This document shows positions 1 through 8,346 of a stretch of 64,000 bases of DNA, piece after piece; position 1 is the stretch's first letter, and each line of letters opens with the position of its first letter. The position numbers and the translations under genes were made by a program. The stretch lies in NCBI GenBank assembly GCA_965223705.1, contig OZ245015.1, forward strand, positions 2,592,001 through 2,656,000, given 5' to 3'. Source of the stretch: Myxococcota bacterium. Lineage in GTDB: Bacteria > Myxococcota_A > UBA9160 > UBA6930. The notes under the pieces were generated by a model. That model was given only the letters and a program-made list of their open reading frames with translations, did no database searches and was not told the DNA's origin.

Positions 1-48
1 TGGAACATTGGTTGAGTCAGCTGCGGAAGAGCTGACTCAACCTTCGCC

Positions 49-918
49 CTAGGCTCGAATCCGCCGGCGTCGCGCCGCGAGGGCGACGAGACCGGTACCG
101 AATAGGATCGCCGTACCGGGCTCGGGGTTCAGCACGAAGTTGCCGACGCCCGCCGAGCCGCCGAAGTTGATCCGGACGGAACCGAACCCGCTCAGGCCCA
201 GCTCGACTGCGCTAAACGGACCGGCGCGGTTGATCGTGTTGTTGCCGAAGATGGCGCCGTCGCGAGCGATGAGATCCAAGGTGCTTCCCGACGGATCGTA
301 GAAAGCGATCTCCGCGCCGACAGCGGAACCCGTGCAGGCCACCGAAGATTCGCAGAATGCCACGCTTCCGAATTCATTGAGCTCGACGTCGAACAGATCG
401 AACCCGAAGAGCAGCTGCGGCTCGTCGAAGCGGAGCTCGATCCACGTCGAGATATACGTCGTGTTCATGTCTTCGTCATCGGGCGTCGTGCAGATGCCGT
501 TCGTGCAGCCCGTGTAGTCCTGCCCCTGCACGACCAGGATGTTGCCGACGAACGTGTTCGGATCGACGTTGCCGCCGGCCCAAGGCGGCCCGGTCAGGTC
601 GGGGTCCGGGGTCGTCCCCGGATTCACCGTCGTGTCGAAGACCACGGCGTAGTCGTCTCCGGGACTGTTGACGCGGTTCTTCGCGTGGATCTCTGCGCAG
701 CCCGCGAAGGGATTGACGTAGGCCTGGACGCCGGAGTTCGCGTTCACGACCTGGCCGTGGGGCAACCCGTCGAGAGACAGGCCGCCGCTGGGGCAGCCGC
801 CGCCGCTGGGCGGCAGAAAGTCCGCGTGCGCGGCGCCACTGCCGAGTAGCGTGAAGGTCAGCGCCAGCATCAGCGCGAGACGCACGGCGACCCGACCGCA
901 ATCGAATTGATGACTCAT
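49..918 (-). CDS. PEP-CTERM sorting domain protein (secreted, Cys/Gly/Asp-rich)
   Basis: Signal peptide ending AHA; C-terminus NPEPGTAILFGTGLVALAARRRRIRA = PEP motif + TM helix + basic tail; ATG at 918 preceded by GGAGGAGG RBS. Confidence 0.9.
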   Translation of the reverse strand: MSHQFDCGRVAVRLALMLALTFTLLGSGAAHADFLPPSGGGCPSGGLSLDGLPHGQVVNANSGVQAYVNPFAGCAEIHAKNRVNSPGDDYAVVFDTTVNPGTTPDPDLTGPPWAGGNVDPNTFVGNILVVQGQDYTGCTNGICTTPDDEDMNTTYISTWIELRFDEPQLLFGFDLFDVELNEFGSVAFCESSVACTGSAVGAEIAFYDPSGSTLDLIARDGAIFGNNTINRAGPFSAVELGLSGFGSVRINFGGSAGVGNFVLNPEPGTAILFGTGLVALAARRRRIRA

Positions 919-1087
919 AGCCTCCTCCAGCGCGGCACGGCCGCGGCTCGGGCAAAGATTTCCTCGCAGGTGAGTGGCCGGAAGGAGGGGGCTTGTGACG
1001 AAAAACGTCGCTAAATTCAGGACTTGCTCGCGATCTGCAAACTCACTGCGCAGGCGATGCGCAACGGGTCGGAGGCTCTGGGTTTCG

Positions 1088-1501
1088 ATGCGTAAGGCGA
1101 TGACTCTCTGGGGCCTCTCGGTGAGCACCCTCTTCCTCCTGGCCGGCAACCCGGCCGCCTCCCCAGGGGACCACATCCCTCGGTCGGTGACCTGCGACGC
1201 CCTCCTCGCGGCGGGCGTTCCGGACGCGTACGCAGCAGGGCTCCTCGACGGGGTCCGGGCCCTGGAAATCGCTTTCCGCACCGACGTGTATCGCCTCCGC
1301 CGAGATGGTGAGAACGAACTCGCGGCGAGGTCCGGCTTTGTGGCGGAGGCGCTCGCCGAGCGACTCCGCCATGCCGAGGGGAAGAGTGCGCGCCAGCTGG
1401 CGCAGTCGATCAGGGCGAGCTGCGCCGACGATCTCGACGGGACGGCGGAGCTTCACTTCGTGCTCGCCCTCGACAACTGGCGCCGAGGCCAACCGCTCTA
1501 G
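1088..1501 (+). CDS. Hypothetical small secreted helical protein (weak Rap1a/HdeA-like pattern)
   Basis: Hydrophobic N-terminus MRKAMTLWGLSVSTLFLLAG, two Cys, fills gap between PEP-CTERM and MMPL genes; start uncertain. Confidence 0.55.
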   Translation: MRKAMTLWGLSVSTLFLLAGNPAASPGDHIPRSVTCDALLAAGVPDAYAAGLLDGVRALEIAFRTDVYRLRRDGENELAARSGFVAEALAERLRHAEGKSARQLAQSIRASCADDLDGTAELHFVLALDNWRRGQPL

Positions 1502-3822
1502 GAACGCGCGCGACCTCGGCGTCGATCGATCGCCATCAACAGCGTCGGCAGGAGGAAAAAATCCGCGAGAAGCGCCGCGACGATGGTGATGGCGACGAGC
1601 AGCCCGAAATGCGAGTTGATCCGAAAGCTCGATAGCGCCAGCGCGGTAAAACCCGCGATCAGAACGAGGGACGTCACCCAGAGCGCGCTCCCGACAGTCG
1701 AGAGCGCGTAGCGAACCGCGTCCTCAGCTCCGGCACCCTGCTCGCGCTGGGCGCGCAGATACTTGCTCAAGAAGTGCACGGTGAAATCCACCACCACGCC
1801 CAGGCTGCACGCTGTGACCGTCGCCGCGGCGAGCCCGACTTCTCGCACCGTGATCGCCCAGACCCCGAACGCGACGACCGTCGGCACCAGGTTCGGGACG
1901 AGACTGATCAATCCGAGTCGCACGCTCCGCAGGGACACCATCAGGATGAGCGAGATCAATACAAAAGCGATGATCGTCCCTTCGGTCATCGTCTCGATGT
2001 TTCGCTTCGAGATATGGGCGAACATGAGGACAGCGCCCGCCCCCGCGTCGCGCATCGCTTCGGGGGCATTCTCGACGAGCCATGCGTTTGCGCGCTCATC
2101 GATCTCACGAAGTTCTCGCGCTTTGATGTTGTCGACGGTCGCGGTGAGCTTCGTCGCGCTCTTTCCGACATCGATCTGGTTGTTGAGGTCGAGCCCGTAG
2201 GGAAGCGACATCTCGTAGAGCAGCAGGTACTGCGCCGCGAGCTCACGATCGTCGGGCAGGCGGTAGTACGCGGGATCGTCCGCGTGCATGTTCATGTTGA
2301 GCCGCTTCATCGTGTCGGTGATCGTCGCGACGTGGTGCACGTAGGGCTGCTCGCGGAACCATTCGGCAAACTCGTCGACTTTGCGGAGATACGCCGGTTC
2401 GTGGATCCCCTGCTCTTCACCGGCGCCGAGCGAATAATCGAACTGGTAGATGCCGGCCAACACCTCCGTCGAAAAATCCGTATCGCGACGAAATTCGATC
2501 GACGGAGCGAAATACGAGACGAACATGTCGTTGAGCTCGATCCGCGGGATGAACGTCGCGGCGATAACAGCGACGGCGGAGCAGACCGCCAGGACGGGTG
2601 TTCGTCGCCGCACGAGGAACTCGGCGAGCCGCGACATCGAGAAGCGCGTTTCACGTGCTTCTCGCACGCGGTACGGAACCACCGCGACAAACGCCGGAAG
2701 GAAGCTCACCGAAAACAACCAGGCAAAAGCGACGCCGATGGCGGTCAGATTGCCGAGGTCCCGAAACGGGGGCGCATCGCTGTAATTGAGACTGAGAAAA
2801 CCCACCACCGTGGTCAAGCTCGTTAGGAATACGGGGGCCCAGTTGATGCGGACCGCTTCGACAAGGGCATCATTCTTCGCCAGCCCGTCGCGCATGCCTT
2901 TCGAAAGCGTCACCAAGATGTGGACGCTGTCGGCAATCGCCATCGTCAAGATGATGGTGGGTGACGTTGCAGCGGGAGGTGTCAGCGGGATGCCGAGCCA
3001 GCCTCCGAGGCCCATGGCCGCGGCCGCGGCCAAGGCGGCGAGCAGAATGGTCCCCAGGGTCCCCCAAAGCGAGCGGAGAAACAGGAACATGGTGACGATC
3101 AGCACCGCATACATCAGCGGCACAATGGTCTCGAGATCGTGTTGGGTCGCTTCGTTGAAGGCATTCGACATCGGCGCAAAGCCGGTCAAACCGACCCGGA
3201 AGCCCGGGAATCGCTCGTTGAACGCGACGATCACTTCTCGGGCATAGGCGGTGATTTCGGGCTCGACCCCCCCGCCTTCGGGGAGCTGCACCGTCACCAT
3301 CACGGCCGTGGCGCCTGCATCTCGAGCGACGAGACGACCCGCCAAGAGCGGTTCGGCGAGCGCGACCTCTCGCGCCCGAGCGCGCCGCTCCGGCGTGAGG
3401 TCTTCTTCTCCGGTGACGAGATCGTCGACGATCAGCTCGTCGCCGTCGGCCCAGGTGTGCTGAAAGTTGGTGATGGAGTCGACGCGGTTCGAGTAGGGAA
3501 CTTGCCAACCTTCTTCGGTGAGCCACAGCAACGCGCGCAGCGACGCCTCGCTGAAGACGTCACCGTCGTCGGGGGCGACGACGAAGAGCACGTTGTCGGT
3601 CTTCGTGTAGGTGTTTTGAATGCGATCGAATGCGGCGAGCTGGGGGTTTTCCGCGCCAAAGTTGTAGCGGTAGTCCGCGAGGAAGTAGAGATGGCGCGCG
3701 CCCGATGCCGCGAGCAGCGTGATCACCACGCTCGCGAGTAGCACCGCGTACCGGTATCGGATGAGAGCTCGGGCGTAGCGCGTCACCCATGCGTCGACGC
3801 GACTCAAGGACTGTCCGTTCAC
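1498..3822 (-). CDS. MMPL-family RND transporter (putative lipid exporter)
   Basis: Two repeats of TM1-large periplasmic loop-5TM; motifs IADSVH / LTSLTTVVGFLSL and LGVVVDFTVHF; GTG at 3822 preceded by AAGGA. Confidence 0.9.
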   Translation of the reverse strand: MNGQSLSRVDAWVTRYARALIRYRYAVLLASVVITLLAASGARHLYFLADYRYNFGAENPQLAAFDRIQNTYTKTDNVLFVVAPDDGDVFSEASLRALLWLTEEGWQVPYSNRVDSITNFQHTWADGDELIVDDLVTGEEDLTPERRARAREVALAEPLLAGRLVARDAGATAVMVTVQLPEGGGVEPEITAYAREVIVAFNERFPGFRVGLTGFAPMSNAFNEATQHDLETIVPLMYAVLIVTMFLFLRSLWGTLGTILLAALAAAAAMGLGGWLGIPLTPPAATSPTIILTMAIADSVHILVTLSKGMRDGLAKNDALVEAVRINWAPVFLTSLTTVVGFLSLNYSDAPPFRDLGNLTAIGVAFAWLFSVSFLPAFVAVVPYRVREARETRFSMSRLAEFLVRRRTPVLAVCSAVAVIAATFIPRIELNDMFVSYFAPSIEFRRDTDFSTEVLAGIYQFDYSLGAGEEQGIHEPAYLRKVDEFAEWFREQPYVHHVATITDTMKRLNMNMHADDPAYYRLPDDRELAAQYLLLYEMSLPYGLDLNNQIDVGKSATKLTATVDNIKARELREIDERANAWLVENAPEAMRDAGAGAVLMFAHISKRNIETMTEGTIIAFVLISLILMVSLRSVRLGLISLVPNLVPTVVAFGVWAITVREVGLAAATVTACSLGVVVDFTVHFLSKYLRAQREQGAGAEDAVRYALSTVGSALWVTSLVLIAGFTALALSSFRINSHFGLLVAITIVAALLADFFLLPTLLMAIDRRRGRARS

Positions 3823-3929
3823 GATGTTCCTTCGGTGGGCGGACCCGGAGTGTAGGACGCCGGTACCTTTGCGCATCCGCTCTCCGTCTCAAGCTGACAC
3901 CGCCCGAGGAGCGAGGCTAGGATAGGCAG

Positions 3930-4661
3930 GTGTTTGCGCGGAGCCCGTCGTCGCTTCCCGCCTTCCCACACGGTGGCAGGTGGGTGCGTCTCCTGTTCGC
4001 CTCGGCTGCGGTCGCGGCGACGGCCCTGCTCGCGGCGCACGTCGCGAGATTACTCGCCGGTTGGAGCGTCGAAGCCGTGCCCGCGATGGCTGCGGGGCTC
4101 CTGTTGGGGGCCCTCGCAGCGGACGGGGCCACGGGCTGCGTCCACTGGGCGTGTGACAGCTTCGGGAGCGCAGCGGGGCGCGGGCCTCTGGCCGCCCTCA
4201 TCGCATCGTTTCGCGAGCACCACCGGAATCCCGAGGCCATGCTCGAAGGAGATTGGGTGACCGTAAACGGCGAGGCGGCCACCGCTTCCTGCCTGGGACT
4301 CGCGGTGCTCTCCTGGCCCGACATCACCGAGATCCTGGCCGCGCGACCGGAGCTTCACGCCGCCGCGATCTCGTTTGTATCGCTCGCCGGAGCGGCGAAC
4401 CAGCTCCACCGATGGGCGCACAGTACGACCGTTCCGAAAGCGGTCGGTTGGCTACAGCGCGCGGGACTCGTTCTGTCACCCGCTCGGCACGCGCGACATC
4501 ACTGCGGAGCCCACAACCGGGCGTATTGCATTTCGCTCGGATGGCTCAACGCGCCACTCGACCGCGTCCGTTTTTGGCGCGGTTGCGAGCGCGTCGTGGA
4601 AACGCTGACGGGACACAAGCCGCGGGAAGACGCTGCAGAAGGGTCGCTATGGAAATCGTAG
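3930..4661 (+). CDS. carF: CarF/TMEM189/FAD4-family membrane lipid desaturase
   Basis: His motifs VHWACD, FREHH, NQLHRWAH, HARHH and YCISLGWLN typical of TMEM189_B domain; start uncertain (3930 or ~3984). Confidence 0.85.
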   Translation: MFARSPSSLPAFPHGGRWVRLLFASAAVAATALLAAHVARLLAGWSVEAVPAMAAGLLLGALAADGATGCVHWACDSFGSAAGRGPLAALIASFREHHRNPEAMLEGDWVTVNGEAATASCLGLAVLSWPDITEILAARPELHAAAISFVSLAGAANQLHRWAHSTTVPKAVGWLQRAGLVLSPARHARHHCGAHNRAYCISLGWLNAPLDRVRFWRGCERVVETLTGHKPREDAAEGSLWKS

Positions 4662-5161
4662 ATTGGCTTCGGGAAAACGTTACGGCCGACCGCCGCGCCC
4701 TCGACTGGTTCGCCGAAGAGGGAGCCGACGAACGAATCTCCGCAGCCTATCGAGAACTCCTCTCGGGCTACACCGTCGAGCCGAAGACCGTCTTCAAGAC
4801 AACGCGGATGTTGCGCGAAGACGAGCAGCCGGGGCTCGTCGAAGTCAACCAGATCGCGTTCTATTCGATCTGCGCCCACCATTTCTTGCCGTTCTTCGGC
4901 CACGTCGACATCGCCTACGTCCCGGGAGATCGCATCCTGGGCCTCGGCAAGCTGCCGAGAATCGTCGACGTGTTCTCGCGGCGCTTCCAGATCCAAGAGG
5001 ATTTGACGCAGGAGATCGCACACGCGATGCACGAGCACGGACACGCGCGCGGAGTCCGGGTGCGCGCGGAGGGTCGGCACTTGTGCATGTGCAGCCGCGG
5101 CCCTTCGAGCCCGGATTCCGTGACCCGGACGGAATACGCACTCGGCAGCCTTTCGGGGTGA
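4649..5161 (+). CDS. folE: GTP cyclohydrolase I (divergent, short)
   Basis: FYSICAHHFLPFFG, AYVP, GKLPRIVD, QIQEDLT, HLCMCSRG; Zn ligands C/H/C retained; ATG overlaps carF 3' end. Confidence 0.85.
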   Translation: MEIVDWLRENVTADRRALDWFAEEGADERISAAYRELLSGYTVEPKTVFKTTRMLREDEQPGLVEVNQIAFYSICAHHFLPFFGHVDIAYVPGDRILGLGKLPRIVDVFSRRFQIQEDLTQEIAHAMHEHGHARGVRVRAEGRHLCMCSRGPSSPDSVTRTEYALGSLSG

Positions 5162-5997
5162 GGACCCTCGCGCCTTGGCTGGCACTCGCGGCCATGCTCT
5201 CGGTTTCTTCCGCGGGTGCGGAAAGCGACGCGGAGCTCCGCTTCTTCCGAGAGGGGCACGTCGTCGCCGCGAGCAGCCGCGCGGACCTCGAAGAAAAGGT
5301 CGCAAGCGAGCGGGTTCTCGTCCATGAGCCCTACGAAGATCGAACCGTTGCGTTCTCAGCGCTCCCGCTCCCCGAGCTACTCGACGCGGTCTACTCGAAA
5401 GCCTGGAGGAGCCTGCGCAACCGACAAGTCCTCTTCACGTGTCGTGATGGGTATCAACCGACGATTCCGCTCGAGCGTTTCCTGACGTATCGCGCGTGGC
5501 TCGCTTTCGATCGAGCGGATGCCCCCGGTTTCTCGATCGACAAACTCGAATCCGGGCGCGTGCGGAAGGTCTCCCTCGACCCTTTCTACGTCGTTTGGAA
5601 CAACCGCGACAATGATGCACTTCTCGCCGAAGGCGACTACGGCTGGCCGTATCAGGTCGTGGCCATCGATCTCATCAAGACCGAGGAACGCTTTCCGGGC
5701 ATGATTCCTCCGGCGGACTCGGACCACCGTGTCCGTGCGGGCTTCGCGGCGTTTCAGATGCACTGCACGCGCTGCCACCCGATCAACGGCCACGGCGGCA
5801 CGATCGGGCCCGAGCTGATCGGTCCCGGCGAGCGGCTCATCTCCCGCGGTCGGCCCTGGCTGCGACAATGGATCGACGACCCGAGCGCCATGGTCCCCGC
5901 CGCGCGGATGCCCCGCTTCAACCCGACGACGCCCGATCGAACGCAATCGATCGAGCGCATCATCGACTATCTCTACGCGATGGATCGCGCTCCGTGA
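5158..5997 (+). CDS. Periplasmic c-type cytochrome with N-terminal molybdopterin-oxidoreductase-like domain
   Basis: Signal peptide; FTCRDGYQPTIP...LAF...PFYVVW...WPYQVVAI pattern; heme motif CTRCH, IGPEL and distal RMP Met; GTGA overlap with folE stop. Confidence 0.8.
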   Translation: MRTLAPWLALAAMLSVSSAGAESDAELRFFREGHVVAASSRADLEEKVASERVLVHEPYEDRTVAFSALPLPELLDAVYSKAWRSLRNRQVLFTCRDGYQPTIPLERFLTYRAWLAFDRADAPGFSIDKLESGRVRKVSLDPFYVVWNNRDNDALLAEGDYGWPYQVVAIDLIKTEERFPGMIPPADSDHRVRAGFAAFQMHCTRCHPINGHGGTIGPELIGPGERLISRGRPWLRQWIDDPSAMVPAARMPRFNPTTPDRTQSIERIIDYLYAMDRAP

Positions 5998-6785
5998 ACA
6001 CGCTTCCCGGTGGGTTCGAAGCGTTCTACGGAAGCGTGTGGCAGCACCCATGGCTGCTGTGGGCGGTCGCCCTGCTCGCCTGCGCGTACGCCTACAAGCG
6101 GCATCCGGCCGGAAGCGACGCGCGTCGCTATGCGACCGCGCTCACCGTGCTGTCGCTGTGCGACGCGTGGCTCACCGCGAACCACGTCTTCGGAATTGGA
6201 TCGTGGTGCGGAGGAGCCGCGTCCCTCGTTCCGCTCTTCTTCGTCCTCGCGGGAGACTTTCGATTCTTGCTGCTCCTCGGCGCGGCCAAACCGTCGGGCG
6301 CCATTCGCCCCGACGCGCCGAGCATCGCGATCGGGCTCGCGCTGACGGCGATCGTGCCGCTCTCGTCCCAGTTTCTCGTCGGGGCGATCCCCGGCGCATC
6401 GGAGGAGCCACGGGTCCTCTTCTTCATCTACGAGGTTCTCTTCGTGGCCCTCGCCTTGGCCTTGCGCAGGTTCCACCCGACGGCCCGGACGCTCCGCTGG
6501 GTCCGGTCTCTGTGCGGCTTCGTCGCCGTCTACTACAGCCTCTGGGCGACGGCGGATGCCGTCCTGCTGCTCACCGGATGGGACCTGGGTTTCGGGCTGC
6601 GGGTCGTCCCCAACGCGCTGTACTACGGCGGTTTCATCGCCGCGATCGCCCGGTTTGCGCCGACGCTCCGCGACGAGGGCTCGGGCCAAGCGCCCCCGGC
6701 CTACGGCGAGCCGAGTTGCGCGACGATCGGCGCAACGCCCGGACGCGCGAGCACCCGGTCCACGAGCGCGGCGAACCGTGGATAG
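5994..6785 (+). CDS. Hypothetical integral membrane protein (~7 TM)
   Basis: Multiple hydrophobic helices; GTGA overlap with cytochrome c stop; 3' end overlaps convergent GST by ~85 nt. Confidence 0.75.
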   Translation: MNTLPGGFEAFYGSVWQHPWLLWAVALLACAYAYKRHPAGSDARRYATALTVLSLCDAWLTANHVFGIGSWCGGAASLVPLFFVLAGDFRFLLLLGAAKPSGAIRPDAPSIAIGLALTAIVPLSSQFLVGAIPGASEEPRVLFFIYEVLFVALALALRRFHPTARTLRWVRSLCGFVAVYYSLWATADAVLLLTGWDLGFGLRVVPNALYYGGFIAAIARFAPTLRDEGSGQAPPAYGEPSCATIGATPGRASTRSTSAANRG

Positions 6786-7336
6786 CGGCCGGCGTCGATG
6801 TCTTCGCCGGCCGCGCGGTAGTTGGCGATGGGTGACGCGACCGCGATGTCGGCAATCGAGAGCGCCTCGCCAAACAGATAGGCGTCCGTCGGGGCGATGC
6901 CTTCCAGGTAGGCGAAAACCACTGGCGCGGCTTCGTCGATGGCCCGACGGACGACGGCCTCATCGGTGGGCTGGTTCAAGATCATCGGCTTGGCGACCCG
7001 TTCAAAGAACACCGGCGCGGTGGCCTCCACCAGCGCCGTATCGGCGTACTCCTCGATCCAGAGCGCTCTCGCGTAGTCGCGCGGATCCGCGGGGTAGAGC
7101 GAAGGGGTCGGATGCTTGCGTTCGAGATAAGCGCAGATCGCGGAAGAATCCGGGACGATCAGTCCATCGTCTTCCAGAACCGGCACCTTGCCGAGGGGGT
7201 TCATCGCGAGTAGCGGCGCGGGTTTTGGCGGTGCCGGGATCATCGTCTTCAAGTCGTAGGGCACCTCTTTTTCGGCGAGGGCAATCTCGACTTTGCGGAC
7301 AAAAGGCGATGCGTGAAAACCGTGAATGACGGGCAT
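6701..7336 (-). CDS. Glutathione S-transferase family protein
   Basis: SPFVRKV, NPLGKVPVL, DSSAICAYL, LSIADIAV motifs. Confidence 0.95.
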   Translation of the reverse strand: MPVIHGFHASPFVRKVEIALAEKEVPYDLKTMIPAPPKPAPLLAMNPLGKVPVLEDDGLIVPDSSAICAYLERKHPTPSLYPADPRDYARALWIEEYADTALVEATAPVFFERVAKPMILNQPTDEAVVRRAIDEAAPVVFAYLEGIAPTDAYLFGEALSIADIAVASPIANYRAAGEDIDAGRYPRFAALVDRVLARPGVAPIVAQLGSP

Positions 7337-7389
7337 GGAAAAGGCCTCCTAAGTTCGACGGCTTCACGTTGGAGGATCGCATACCATTT

Positions 7390-7431
7390 ATCCAACAGAT
7401 TTTTTGAATTATATCTATCGATATTGTGAAT
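7390..7431. promoter_or_regulatory. LysR-type operator region between divergent GST and LysR genes
   Basis: AT-rich island in a GC-rich window; T-N11-A box ATCGATATTGTGAAT (7417-7431) overlapping the LysR start. Confidence 0.55.
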
Positions 7432-8346
7432 GATGATGCCATCGATATCCGCCAGCTCGACCTGAACCTCCTGTGGGTCTTTCTCGCCCTGATGGACGAG
7501 CGACAAGTCACCCGCGCGGCTTTCCGGGTGGGCCTGTCGCAGTCGGCTCTGAGTAACGCGCTCGGTCGCCTGCGGGAGGCCTGCGGGGATCCTCTCTTTG
7601 TCCGGAGCGGTCGCGAGATGGTGCCGACGGAGCGGGCCGGCGCGCTGGAAGGGCCCGTGCGGGAGGCGCTCGCCGCTCTCGAGGGAGCCCTCGCTTCGCA
7701 GGGCGCGTTCTCCGCAGCGCATTCGCAGCGTCGCTTCCGGATCGCGTCGGCCGATTACTGTGAGTTCGTCGTGCTCCCACGGCTCATCGCCGAGATCGCG
7801 GAAGACGCTCCCGGAATTGCTCTCGACGTGACGCCCCTCGGCGGCGCTCTGCCCGCCGACGATCTCCGCGCCGGTCGCTTCGATTTGGCGATCGGTTACT
7901 TCAGCCAAATCCCCGACGATTGTCTGATGCGCGACTTGTTTCGCGAAGACTTCGCATGCATCGCGCGACGCGATCACCCGGCCATCGGGCAGCGTCTCAC
8001 CTTGAAACGCTTTACGGAAGCCGGCCATGTGCTGATCACTCCGACGGGGCGCCCCGGTAGCATGGTCGACGACGTCCTCGCCAAGCGCGGGCTGAAACGG
8101 CGGGTCGCCGTCACGACGCCGCACTTCCTCGTGCCCCCGCGCGTCGTCGCCGAGACCGACCTCATCTCGACGCTCGCTCGGCGCGTCGCCGCGCACTACG
8201 CCGAGCTCTATCCCCTGCGCGTGCTCGCGCCGCCGATCCCCCTGCCCGGCTTTCCGATCAACATGGTCTGGCACCGCCGCCTGGATGACGCCCACGATCA
8301 CCGCTGGCTTCGCGAGCGCATCGAGCAGCTGTGTGCGGCGCTCTAG
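7426..8346 (+). CDS. LysR-family transcriptional regulator (NodD/LeuO-like)
   Basis: DLNLL...VTRAA..VGLSQSALSNALGRLR..DPLFVR HTH plus substrate-binding domain. Confidence 0.95.
   Translation: MNDDAIDIRQLDLNLLWVFLALMDERQVTRAAFRVGLSQSALSNALGRLREACGDPLFVRSGREMVPTERAGALEGPVREALAALEGALASQGAFSAAHSQRRFRIASADYCEFVVLPRLIAEIAEDAPGIALDVTPLGGALPADDLRAGRFDLAIGYFSQIPDDCLMRDLFREDFACIARRDHPAIGQRLTLKRFTEAGHVLITPTGRPGSMVDDVLAKRGLKRRVAVTTPHFLVPPRVVAETDLISTLARRVAAHYAELYPLRVLAPPIPLPGFPINMVWHRRLDDAHDHRWLRERIEQLCAAL

Noticed and set aside
940..975. Sigma54 promoter for the PEP-CTERM gene
   Set aside because: A TTGC is present on the minus strand but the -24 position reads GA, not the invariant GG.
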